Shown: positions 1-8,433 of the stretch, in pieces | Layout of the letters: the number at the start of each line of letters is the position of its first letter | Numbering within the stretch: the stretch's first letter is position 1 | Assembly (NCBI GenBank): GCA_964533505.1 | Contig: CAZHKA010000035.1 | Span: forward strand, 1,288-65,287 | Source of the DNA: an uncultured Candidatus Bathyarchaeia archaeon | GTDB lineage: Archaea; Thermoproteota; Bathyarchaeia; 40CM-2-53-6 | DNA: 64,000 nt | Reading direction: 5' to 3' | Translations under genes and position numbers: made by a program | Notes under the pieces: model-generated | The model's database searches: none | The model's input: only the letters and a program-made list of their open reading frames with translations | Told to the model about the DNA's origin: nothing

Positions 1-2
1 GA

Positions 3-482
3 ATCCAGTTCAAGATGACGACTAGAAAAGTGATGGAACAGATGGCGAGTTTTCTTAGACAGAAACTCTGTCTCGAAGTACCCCTCAGATTCAATACCGA
101 AACTATAGCATCACCCTACGTACGCCCGTGCCATACATTGCAGATCAATAGGTCAGAGGATATTGAAACCTGGAGAAGGGCGATCGGCTTTTCGAATCCA
201 TCTCACATCACCCGAATGATGATGTTCGAACAGTTAGGAGAATGCCCACCGAGAACATGTATAGTTGACCGTTTGGCGTTTCTCTCCGGATGTTCTAACA
301 CGCTGAAGGCTGCGGGACCGATTCCCGAGTCCGCCTTTAAGTCTGTGGTATCAGCAATGAATCGGGAGGATGGATCACCTATCTCGGAAGTTCATCAAAT
401 GATGAAACGAATCAAGGCTGTGAATGAGCGATTGCGTCACTTAAATAGAGAACTCCCTCGAATCTTTCAATTAACAAGTTAG
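3..482 (+). CDS. LAGLIDADG-family endonuclease-like protein, C-terminal part (5'-truncated by the window edge)
   Basis: The frame is open from the window start (IQFKMTT...). LQINRSEDIETWRRAIGFSNPSH resembles the W..IGFSNP.H end of free-standing archaeal LAGLIDADG domains. The LAGLIDADG helix itself is not in the window. Confidence 0.55.
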   Translation: MQFKMTTRKVMEQMASFLRQKLCLEVPLRFNTETIASPYVRPCHTLQINRSEDIETWRRAIGFSNPSHITRMMMFEQLGECPPRTCIVDRLAFLSGCSNTLKAAGPIPESAFKSVVSAMNREDGSPISEVHQMMKRIKAVNERLRHLNRELPRIFQLTS

Positions 483-495
483 AAAGGAATGTGAG

Positions 496-652
496 GGCCG
501 CCGCCGGGATTTTCACGTTGTTTTCAACGCTTTGAACCCGGCCTTTCCCCGGCCACTCGGCCTCTAGGGTCCACAGCCTTGTATCCTCCTTTGGAGGTCT
601 ATACGCTACCAAGTTGCGTGGAGTTTGTGGGCTCCTCTACGCTACGGCGGCC
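496..652 (-). tRNA. tRNA-His(GUG) with encoded G-1 and four BHB-type introns (614-636, 579-598, 545-563, 510-530)
   Basis: Removing the four introns gives GGCCGCCGTAGCGTAGCTTGGTAGCGTATAGGGCTGTGGACCCTAGAGGCCGGGTTCAAATCCCGGCGGCGGCC (74 nt). Acceptor stem GCCGCCG/CGGCGGC, anticodon stem TAGGG/CCCTA around CT-GTG-GA, T arm CCGGG-TTCAAAT-CCCGG, discriminator C73. Confidence 0.93.
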
Positions 653-757
653 ATCGTTCGTTAGTGGACCGTAGTTGTTCATATCAACCTTTGCCAAAGG
701 TCCGAATCGAACACCTTTTCTTTTCATCCGAGTCAACCGCCTGCTAGGCGATTTCAG

Positions 758-1600
758 ATGGTTAAGGTCGGCGTTCATGTCTCGATTTCTGGGACGATTG
801 ATCAGGCGATTGATAGGGCTCGTGAGCTGGGTTGCGATACATTTCAGATATTCACAAGGAACCCGAGGGGATGGAAATACAAGAAGCTGAAAGAAGAGGA
901 GGTGGATGAGTTTAGACGCAAGCTAGCATCGGACTCGTTGACTCCTGTAACGGCCCACATGCCTTACCTGCCCAATCTCTCTTCTCCAAAGAAGGCGGTC
1001 TACAATAGATCCGTAAGGTCGCTCTCAGTAGAACTCCAGCGCTGTGACGCCCTAGGGATTCAGTACCTTGTTACCCATCTGGGCAGCCACTTGGGAAAGG
1101 GACAGGAGTTAGGGCTTGAGAGGATAACAGGGGCCATCAACACCGCCAGCGTCGAGAACCCGAGTAACGTCATGGTGCTCCTGGAGAATACCGCTGGCAC
1201 GAAGAACAGCATGGGCTCCTCCTTCGAGGACCTCAAGAAAATCCTTGCCCGCATCGATGATAAGAGAAGGGTTGCGATCTGCTTCGATACGGCCCACGCA
1301 TACGCCGCAGGTTACGACCTGCACAGCCCTCGCGGAGTCGAGGAGACACTGGCACGGTTCAACTCAGTCTTAGGATTCAACATCCTGAAAGTAGTTCACC
1401 TTAACGATTCTAAGGTCGGCCTAGGGTCCGGCCGAGACAGGCATGAACATATCGGGATGGGGTACATTGGCGAAAAAGGCTTCAGGGCGTTTCTAAAGCA
1501 TGAAGCCATACAGAGCCTGCCATTTATACTGGAGACGCCGATTGATGAGCGCAGGGATGAGTTGGGGGACTTGAAGAAAGTAAGAGAACTCTCAGCTTGA
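758..1600 (+). CDS. nfo: Endonuclease IV (AP endonuclease)
   Basis: Zn-ligand motifs GVHVS, HMPYLPNL, HLGSH, LLENTAG, CFDTAH, HLNDSK, DRHEHIG and ILETP. Confidence 0.95.
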   Translation: MVKVGVHVSISGTIDQAIDRARELGCDTFQIFTRNPRGWKYKKLKEEEVDEFRRKLASDSLTPVTAHMPYLPNLSSPKKAVYNRSVRSLSVELQRCDALGIQYLVTHLGSHLGKGQELGLERITGAINTASVENPSNVMVLLENTAGTKNSMGSSFEDLKKILARIDDKRRVAICFDTAHAYAAGYDLHSPRGVEETLARFNSVLGFNILKVVHLNDSKVGLGSGRDRHEHIGMGYIGEKGFRAFLKHEAIQSLPFILETPIDERRDELGDLKKVRELSA

Positions 1601-1948
1601 GCTGAGCTCAACAAGGAGATTGTTCAACTCATACATGAAAGTTCGACGAGGCAAGACTCGCTCAAAACCGTTAGCCAACGCCTGCACCGCGATCTTGGAC
1701 TCCACGTGCGAGTAATATCCAATCAACCTGCACTGACCGCGGACGGATGCAATCAAAGGTGCCCCAAGCCGCGTAAATGCATCAAGATTCACAAGCAGGG
1801 CTTTCGGAACAGACTCTTTCAAGGCGCTTTGCAGTTCATCAAAGGTAGTCGTCACTTTGACTTCTAGGCCAGACTTGAGGGCAGCGCTTTCCACCCTAGA
1901 AGAAAACAACAGGTCTGGCTCAAGAACAAACACTTTCCCGCCCATCAA
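1592..1948 (-). CDS. Receiver (CheY-like) fold protein, atypical
   Basis: DLLFSSRV...LLVNLD...IGYYSHV pattern; the phospho-acceptor position appears to be Asn. Confidence 0.6.
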   Translation of the reverse strand: MMGGKVFVLEPDLLFSSRVESAALKSGLEVKVTTTFDELQSALKESVPKALLVNLDAFTRLGAPLIASVRGQCRLIGYYSHVESKIAVQALANGFERVLPRRTFMYELNNLLVELSSS

Positions 1949-2025
1949 TCATCGTCCCAAGGCTAGATGGCGAAAAGTCGGGAACGCAACCGATTAAAGT
2001 TAGCTAAGAAACCTAGGGCCAAGCC

Positions 2026-2640
2026 ATGATCTTCAAACAGATTCCGGTCGGCACGATGCAGAACTTCTCGTACATAATAGGCGATCCAGTGACCCAAAAA
2101 GCGGCTATCATCGACCCGGCCTGGGAAGTTGACAAACTCCTGAGCCAATGCCAAACTGCGAACCTCTCCGTGGTTAACGTCATCAACACACATTCACACT
2201 ACGATCACACAGAGGGAAACAAGGCCGTAGTGAAACGAACCTGCGCCCGAGTCGTGGCGCATCAAACCTCACCGATTCGAAAAGATATCCCAGTTAAGGA
2301 TGGCGACCCTGTGGAGGTGGGTTCACTGCGGATCAAGGTAATCCATACCCCGGGTCACTGCCCTGACCATATTTGCCTCCTTGTCGAGGGTAAAGTGTTG
2401 ACCGGCGATACGTTGTTCGTCGGCGAATGCGGCCGAACTGACTTAATCGGTGGAGATTCGGGAGCGATGTATGAGAGCCTATTCAACAAGTTAATGACGC
2501 TCGATGACTCGACCGAAGTCTATCCCGGCCACGATTACGGGCACAAACCCTCATCTACAATCGGCGAAGAACGCAGAACCAACTACACTCTGAAACCGAG
2601 AACGAAACAAGAATTCATCAAATTCATGTCCGAACCATGA
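2026..2640 (+). CDS. MBL-fold metallo-hydrolase (glyoxalase II/ETHE1-like)
   Basis: THSHYDH, HTPGH, TGDTLF and YPGHDY motifs. Confidence 0.92.
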   Translation: MIFKQIPVGTMQNFSYIIGDPVTQKAAIIDPAWEVDKLLSQCQTANLSVVNVINTHSHYDHTEGNKAVVKRTCARVVAHQTSPIRKDIPVKDGDPVEVGSLRIKVIHTPGHCPDHICLLVEGKVLTGDTLFVGECGRTDLIGGDSGAMYESLFNKLMTLDDSTEVYPGHDYGHKPSSTIGEERRTNYTLKPRTKQEFIKFMSEP

Positions 2641-3269
2641 ACGAAAAGCGACGACCCCTGGATTCTGTCACTAATCACGCAGTGCTGAAGAAAATCTTAA
2701 CGACGATCGGCGACCCTCCGCCGTCCGTCTACGCACCAAGCGACGACAGCCTCCTAATGATCGATGCAATCGCAAACCATCCCCTCACCGGAAAAAAAAT
2801 CTTAGACATGGGGACCGGCTCGGGCGTACTCTCACTGTACTGCGCCATGCATGGTGCCGAAGTAACCGCGTCAGACGTCGATCGGCCAGCGGTCGAGGAG
2901 GTGGGTCGACGTGCCGACGAACTTGGGGTACAAGTTAAGTTATGTACCTCTGACCTATTCAGTAACATCTCGGATAGATTCGATCTGATCCTCTTCAACC
3001 CGCCGTACTTGCCTAGCGTAGAGGTTGTGGATAGTACCGTTGACGGAGGTCCGGGCGGGACAATGCTTGCCGATAGATTCTTGGACGAACTGCCACCCCA
3101 CCTAAGCACGGCGGCAGAGGCTTTTCTCTTGTTAAGCAGCATCAATTATCCTATCGCGATTCAGCTGCGACATACGGATCTGGAGTTCGTGACGGTAGCT
3201 AAGAAATCGCTCTTCTTTGAAGAACTCCAAGTCTTACGGGTGCGTCTTAGAGACGATCTCACGGTTTAG
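2637..3269 (+). CDS. HemK2/Mtq2-family SAM-dependent methyltransferase
   Basis: VYAPSDDS, LDMGTGSG and FNPPY motifs. Confidence 0.88.
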   Translation: MNEKRRPLDSVTNHAVLKKILTTIGDPPPSVYAPSDDSLLMIDAIANHPLTGKKILDMGTGSGVLSLYCAMHGAEVTASDVDRPAVEEVGRRADELGVQVKLCTSDLFSNISDRFDLILFNPPYLPSVEVVDSTVDGGPGGTMLADRFLDELPPHLSTAAEAFLLLSSINYPIAIQLRHTDLEFVTVAKKSLFFEELQVLRVRLRDDLTV

Positions 3270-3632
3270 CGACCTGATGGCTAGATCGTCGTCATAGAAC
3301 TCCTTCTCTTCAACGGGCTTCCTTCCCGAGTAACCTTCATGCCTAGAATGCCAGAACGCAACATGGTCCTCCCCTAATTTCCAGCACAACCAAACTCGTT
3401 CCCCCAGCCTAACTGCCGGAAAATCAACCAAACCCATGCTCATATCCCTAAGAACACAGCCCATTTCCTCGAGTTTCCTAACCTCGCTTTCCAACTTGTT
3501 CATTGCCTCCGTCATGTCGGAATCATCCTTGGCGCGATCGGTCTCATCCTTAACTCTCAGGACATGCTCAACAATCACCTTAATCTCCGGCAAAACCTCC
3601 TCAGCATACTTTGGAGTGTAGAAGATAGGCAA
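3234..3632 (-). CDS. DUF2203-family protein
   Basis: GLVDFP...LCWKLGE...WH....G..GR signature. Confidence 0.85.
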   Translation of the reverse strand: MPIFYTPKYAEEVLPEIKVIVEHVLRVKDETDRAKDDSDMTEAMNKLESEVRKLEEMGCVLRDMSMGLVDFPAVRLGERVWLCWKLGEDHVAFWHSRHEGYSGRKPVEEKEFYDDDLAIRSLNREIVSKTHP

Positions 3633-3673
3633 GGTTAATTCCTTTGGAAGCTCGCTGCATATGAATAAGACTC

Positions 3674-4186
3674 TTGCGAGATAAAGAGACTAGCCCCGTC
3701 GTAGAGCCCTCTGCCTGGGCGATAAAATCGCTGAGCAGGGCGAGGGTCGGACATTTGGCAAGCTCAAGTAAGCAAGGAAGGCCACTTGCCATCCCAATTT
3801 GTTTTGCATTCGACGGATCGAGACTTTACAGTTCAATCGATGAGAAACCAAAAAAGACCGGCCCGCTTGCGTTAAAACGAGTCTCCAATATCATCGAAAA
3901 CCCAAACGTCTGCCTAGTCATTGACAAATACAGGGAAGACTGGCGCAAACTGGAGTATGTCTTAGTCATCGGCCATGCCGTAGTGACTAAGCGGGGACAG
4001 GAGTTTCCACGGGCGCTTGCACTTTTGCGAAAGAAGTACAAGCAATACAAATCAATGAAGATCGAAGAACGACCGCTCATCATCATCGAACCACACCGCT
4101 TCATAACCTGGAAATCGTCAGGGACCCCTGCAACGGTCAAACCGAAAGGATATGGGCGATTCAAGCAGGCGTTGTCAGAAAATTAG
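3674..4186 (+). CDS. PPOX-class F420-dependent oxidoreductase (Rv0121-like)
   Basis: PICFA, IDEKPK, NI.ENP.V.LVID.Y.EDW..L and KYKQY motifs. Confidence 0.85.
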   Translation: MRDKETSPVVEPSAWAIKSLSRARVGHLASSSKQGRPLAIPICFAFDGSRLYSSIDEKPKKTGPLALKRVSNIIENPNVCLVIDKYREDWRKLEYVLVIGHAVVTKRGQEFPRALALLRKKYKQYKSMKIEERPLIIIEPHRFITWKSSGTPATVKPKGYGRFKQALSEN

Positions 4187-4493
4187 AGGCCTGCTGAGAG
4201 TGGAAAAGCCGGCGGAAATTTCAGGCTTTCGATCACGTGAACTAGCAATTGCTGGGAACTTCTTTTTCTGCGAAGTGTGCAATCTAGTTTGCGAGTGGGG
4301 GGACCCGTTGTGGCAAGAACACCAAAGCCAACTCGGGTTTCACAAAATGAAACGTATGTTTCTACTTCGATGCGCAAGATGCAAGAAGGTAGTTGTCGAT
4401 GCCTATGCGGAGTACTCACCCGAGTTGAATCAATTCTGGTGCAAGAACTGCATAGGCGACGTCGGTTACCTGAAGTTTAGGTCTGCAGCCTAG
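4152..4493 (+). CDS. Small CxxC-rich (zinc-binding) hypothetical protein
   Basis: CEVC, CARC and CKNC motifs; the true start is probably downstream of the ORF start. Confidence 0.55.
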   Translation: MGDSSRRCQKIRGLLRVEKPAEISGFRSRELAIAGNFFFCEVCNLVCEWGDPLWQEHQSQLGFHKMKRMFLLRCARCKKVVVDAYAEYSPELNQFWCKNCIGDVGYLKFRSAA

Positions 4494-4517
4494 GATATGA
4501 TATCGGTTCGAACTTCT

Positions 4518-5567
4518 TTAATTCCAATGCTTGCTTGACGCCTTCCAGTAGGCTCTCCAGTACGGATCAAACTTCGGATATCGTATGGTTCGCTTCCTGC
4601 CTCTTGAATCAACGCCGCGAAAGGCCCGGCGTGTCGTTAGTTTGCCAATTACCGCAGATCCGATACCTGCCGGCCGAAGACTCGCCATGACTCTCCGAGT
4701 TCTCTCGGGTTTGCAAGCGATCAGGAGGCTTCCTTCACTAAGAGAGTGGAAGGGATCAATGTGGAACAATTTGCAAATCTCCTTTGTCTCTAGGGATACC
4801 GGAATGTCGGAAAGAGCTAGTTCGACACCTACTTTCGAAGCGTTGGCAACCTCCAAAACGGCCGCTATTACTCCTCCCTCAGTCGCGTCGTGCATTGCAG
4901 TTACTCCGTTTTCGTGCACTCCTACGGAGACGGCTGCGAGAGCATCGCTGACGGTCGATACTTTAGGCAGGTATGCAAGGGCCTTCTCGAATAAGTCGGA
5001 ACCTATGAATCTCTTCACTTTCCTTGGGAAGACTCTGGCCAATACCGCTGTGGTTTCTATGGCTGCTCCTTTGGTGAGAATAATCTCGTCCCCAGGATGA
5101 GCCATGCCAGAAGTCAAGTATTGATCCTCCTTTCCGATTGCGCACATGGTCCCACCGCCGATTACCGTGTAATCGCATCCCTGATACCTACCAGTGTGGC
5201 CCCCGATTATTGCTAACCCCAATTTGGCGCACTCCTCATGGAAATATTTCCAATAGTTTGCAAAGAGGCCTTGAGACATTGTAGGAGGTAGGTTGAAGTC
5301 GAAGACGCCGTACTGGGGTACAAGCCCGCTTGTTGTCAGGTCGGAGGCGAGCAAGTTGACCGATAACCAGGCGGAGGCAGAGGCCCCCAAGGTTGGAATG
5401 AATGAGAGAGGGTCCGCAGTAACAACAAGGACTTTTCTCGCCCCGATCCTCACAACGGCGTTATCGACCCCAAACCTCGGCCCTACGACAACGTCACCTC
5501 TTCTTGCGCCCAGCCGGCGGTAGATTACCTTCGCTAGATACTTGCGGTCAGGTTTTCCGAGAATCAA
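4518..5567 (-). CDS. AIR synthase-related protein (PurM/HypE/ThiL superfamily)
   Basis: GVDNAV, DPLS, IIGGHTG, AMHDATEGG and SEGSLL motifs. Confidence 0.88.
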   Translation of the reverse strand: MILGKPDRKYLAKVIYRRLGARRGDVVVGPRFGVDNAVVRIGARKVLVVTADPLSFIPTLGASASAWLSVNLLASDLTTSGLVPQYGVFDFNLPPTMSQGLFANYWKYFHEECAKLGLAIIGGHTGRYQGCDYTVIGGGTMCAIGKEDQYLTSGMAHPGDEIILTKGAAIETTAVLARVFPRKVKRFIGSDLFEKALAYLPKVSTVSDALAAVSVGVHENGVTAMHDATEGGVIAAVLEVANASKVGVELALSDIPVSLETKEICKLFHIDPFHSLSEGSLLIACKPERTRRVMASLRPAGIGSAVIGKLTTRRAFRGVDSRGRKRTIRYPKFDPYWRAYWKASSKHWN

Positions 5568-5715
5568 TCATTTCCCCAACTCGTCCACTGACCAACGGCT
5601 AAGTCTACCTAAGGACTACCCATAAAGTGCCGCATAGGTTGGCCTGATATCATTGGTAAGGTTGAAAGCCTCAATGAAGAACACCAAGTCTATGTGAGGC
5701 GCTCCCGACCTCAAC

Positions 5716-6345
5716 TCAAGCTTCTCCAAAGAATTGTACGCGGAACGCGCCTCGAATCGCCTTTATCAAAAGAAGAGCTACAGGAATCCAGATCAGATCG
5801 ATGAGAGTGCCAAAGTCGAAAGCTGCGAGGCTGAGACCTGCCATAAAACCCGCAGGCGCGCCGTAGAAGAATGTAAATGAATAGAAGAACCAATCTGGAA
5901 AGAAGAACGCCAACGTCTCGTAGACAGTTGCTATCACCATGGCGAAGACGAGCCACGATGCTGATTTCCGTCTGAATTTGTTCATGATGAGAGCTTCAGG
6001 CCCCCGCGCCCATATCATACCGGGTATGTAAATTACGGCAAATGCTGCGGGTGCCGAGCCAAAGATTAGGACGTTAATTGCTTCTCCAACGGCCGAGCCA
6101 ATGGCGGTAGACCAGAAGCTGACTCTGCGAGGAAACAGCACGCTTAACGTGAGATAAACCGCAGGGGCGAAAGTGATCTCAGACAGCGGCGCGGGCAGCG
6201 GAATCCCGAGAAGAGCGGTGGAAAAGGCAGTGGTTACAGCGATCAGTGCAGAAAAACAAGCGGTCTCGGCAAGGAATAGAGTCTGGCTGCGACCTTTCGT
6301 GCCCATGCCTTCGACCGTTTTCCTCTTTTCGGCTTGATTGGACAT
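5716..6345 (-). CDS. ECF-type S component, probably specific for thiamine or a thiamine precursor
   Basis: Hydrophobic ~6-TM 209-aa protein with A.FSAL N-terminal helix and AIGSAVGE motif; preceded by a TPP riboswitch and a GGAGGTG SD. Confidence 0.75.
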   Translation of the reverse strand: MSNQAEKRKTVEGMGTKGRSQTLFLAETACFSALIAVTTAFSTALLGIPLPAPLSEITFAPAVYLTLSVLFPRRVSFWSTAIGSAVGEAINVLIFGSAPAAFAVIYIPGMIWARGPEALIMNKFRRKSASWLVFAMVIATVYETLAFFFPDWFFYSFTFFYGAPAGFMAGLSLAAFDFGTLIDLIWIPVALLLIKAIRGAFRVQFFGEA

Positions 6346-6444
6346 AGTCTACACCTCCGTCCAATCGAGACGTTCAGAAGCTGCGAATGCAGAGCCGCAA
6401 AAGTCGACTATAGACCTGCAAGGTCCACTGAGACTGATTCCCAT

Positions 6445-6542
6445 CTTCCTTTTCCTACGCCGGCATTACCCGGATCAGGTTCACGGGGTCAACGACCATT
6501 GTCGTCCTCTCAGCCGGGACACACCCCAGCTCCCCCCGGTAC
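6445..6542 (-). promoter_or_regulatory. TPP (THI-box) riboswitch
   Basis: Minus strand reads GGGG-AGCTGGGG..TCCCGG-CTGAGAG-GACGAC/GTCGTT-GACCCC-GTGAACCTGATCCGGGTAATGCCGGCGTAGGAA. This carries the GCTGAGA, GAACCTGA and GTAAT..CGTAGG consensus elements. P1 looks weak. Confidence 0.92.
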
Positions 6543-6613
6543 CTTCTGCGAAGTGGAGGCGTAAGGGTCGGATTTAGCCTTCTCGTTTAGCGGTCATGAA
6601 CGAGATTTACTGA

Positions 6614-7183
6614 TTACTTGGCATATTTTGACTTGAGTTCAACTCTATGAATTTCGACGCGCGGTGCGGCATAGAGCGTTATGAATGGATCAGGTTTGCT
6701 TGTCTCTCCGGCTATAATCGTACCTGATGAACTGCCAAGATCGTCGAATAGCACATCGCCGTTCTCCTCCCCAAGAATTGCTGCATGCACCCTAGACGGA
6801 ACAATTCTTACTCGACTATCGAAGCGCTCCAGTTCACTCTCCGACTCCATCGACCAAACAATTAGCTTGGAGTCGACCGGTTCTCTTCTGCCTAGGATGT
6901 ACAGAGCGCCTTTTTTTAGCTCGACGGATGCGAGTGTTCCGCTAAGGAGTCTCCGTGAGTCCGAATAAAAGAGTGGCGTGGTGCGGCCGAGCACTATAAT
7001 GACGGGATCGATTGTGGCGCTAATCTTGAACGGCTCGTGGGCTCTAATCGAGTTCGCACCATATTGCGCCGCATAAGAGGAATAAGCCTCCTCGAAGGCC
7101 GGATGTTTCTTACGAAAGAGTGGAAGCGAATTGTCCAATCTCTTTTGGAATGATGCGAGCGTTTGCATCGTTGCTCTCATCAT
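6614..7183 (-). CDS. FHA-domain-like protein
   Basis: ILGR, SRVHA and DLGSSSGT (normally DLGSxNGT) motifs. Confidence 0.65.
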   Translation of the reverse strand: MMRATMQTLASFQKRLDNSLPLFRKKHPAFEEAYSSYAAQYGANSIRAHEPFKISATIDPVIIVLGRTTPLFYSDSRRLLSGTLASVELKKGALYILGRREPVDSKLIVWSMESESELERFDSRVRIVPSRVHAAILGEENGDVLFDDLGSSSGTIIAGETSKPDPFITLYAAPRVEIHRVELKSKYAK

Positions 7184-7229
7184 GTTTTGATGAAGCCGCT
7201 AATTAAAGGTCCATAAGATCTCTCTGCGT

Positions 7230-7913
7230 TCATAACTGAACGCTCGCAAGTCTTTGGAGGCCATCGTTGCGGTCAAGGTTCGGGTTGGGAATCAGAGCCG
7301 AAGCATACTGCCATGACGATAAGGAGTCAATGGAGCTCTTGAAGGGCGCGAATATCATCAGTCCCAGAATTTTCTGGTTGCCGCTGTCGAAAATCCTATT
7401 CGTAAAGGAGCGTGCAAGCGCGATCTTGCTAACCGCTTTTCTACGGCTGGGCGATAGGGATGCGGAGAGGACTACGAGCGACGATTCTTTCTTAGGCAAC
7501 TGCTTAAGGGAATGTGCGTGTAGTCGCAGGATCTCTCTAAGTAGATCTTGACGATATGAAGCCTGTTTCTTGCGCAGGGCGCTATGGGCTCTGGTTTTGA
7601 CTTCGATGTAAGTCCAGACGTTGTCGAGCGATACTGCCAAATCGGCGTGCTTACCGCCGGGCAATGAAGGCTCAGACTTTACCGCGATACCCCGTTGTGA
7701 ATAAGTTCGTGCGATTCCCGACACAACGGCCTTGTGGTCGAAGTTCGCAGCATACTTCAGGCGGGAGACATAGATGCCGGTCTTCACTCTTGCGATCCAC
7801 GCTTCCGGCCCTTCTCCTCTCCTCGATGCCTTATTGAATTTTCCCTTTCGGAATGTTGACCGTACAGGAGAGGTGTTCAAATAGCGTAGGTGACACCAAC
7901 GTGTCAATTCCAA
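7230..7913 (-). CDS. PD-(D/E)XK nuclease-fold hypothetical protein
   Basis: EP..PGGKHADL......YIEVK motif; start uncertain. Confidence 0.55.
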   Translation of the reverse strand: MELTRWCHLRYLNTSPVRSTFRKGKFNKASRRGEGPEAWIARVKTGIYVSRLKYAANFDHKAVVSGIARTYSQRGIAVKSEPSLPGGKHADLAVSLDNVWTYIEVKTRAHSALRKKQASYRQDLLREILRLHAHSLKQLPKKESSLVVLSASLSPSRRKAVSKIALARSFTNRIFDSGNQKILGLMIFAPFKSSIDSLSSWQYASALIPNPNLDRNDGLQRLASVQL

Positions 7914-8345
7914 TCGTATCAGAGGTTGAGAGGGTTGATCCCCGACAGTCTGAAGAAGTTCATGTCAGAGAAATTTGACAAGGAATACGACGGTGTAGTT
8001 GGTGTCTTGGCCTCCCTAACGGCGGAGGGCAATCCTAACGCCTCGCCTAAACACTTCCGAATTAGGGATGAGAGCCATTTGGAGTTTACAGATGTATTCT
8101 CCCAGACGCTGGGTGACGTATTGAGGAAGTCCCCTCAGGTTTCCGTTGCCTTCTTCGATCCGAAAGCAGTGATAGGCTTCAGAGTTAAAGGAAAAGCAAA
8201 TCTGGAGACCTTCGGCCCCTTATTCCAACACGCTGCAAGCCAACTCGAAAACATTGGGTTCAAACCCAAAGCTTTGGTGAGCATAGATATTGATGAAATT
8301 CAATCGCTAAACTTCGGGCCTAACACCGGCAAGAAGATAGCTTGA
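7890..8345 (+). CDS. Pyridoxamine 5'-phosphate oxidase-family FMN-binding protein
   Basis: LAS...EGNPNASPK, P.VSV and GFRVKG motifs; start probably downstream. Confidence 0.8.
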   Translation: MTPTCQFQSYQRLRGLIPDSLKKFMSEKFDKEYDGVVGVLASLTAEGNPNASPKHFRIRDESHLEFTDVFSQTLGDVLRKSPQVSVAFFDPKAVIGFRVKGKANLETFGPLFQHAASQLENIGFKPKALVSIDIDEIQSLNFGPNTGKKIA

Positions 8346-8433
8346 TCCAATTTGAAAATACCAGCAACTTATCTTAATCACTGCTCGTGAGGTTCGATAG
8401 TAACTCTCTTGATTAGTCGGATATCTGGAAAAC

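Noticed and set aside
412-612. 66-aa minus-strand ORF
   Set aside because: It overlaps the intron-containing tRNA-His and has no protein features.
6334-6577. Two plus-strand ORFs of 76-79 aa
   Set aside because: They are antisense to the TPP riboswitch leader and are spurious.
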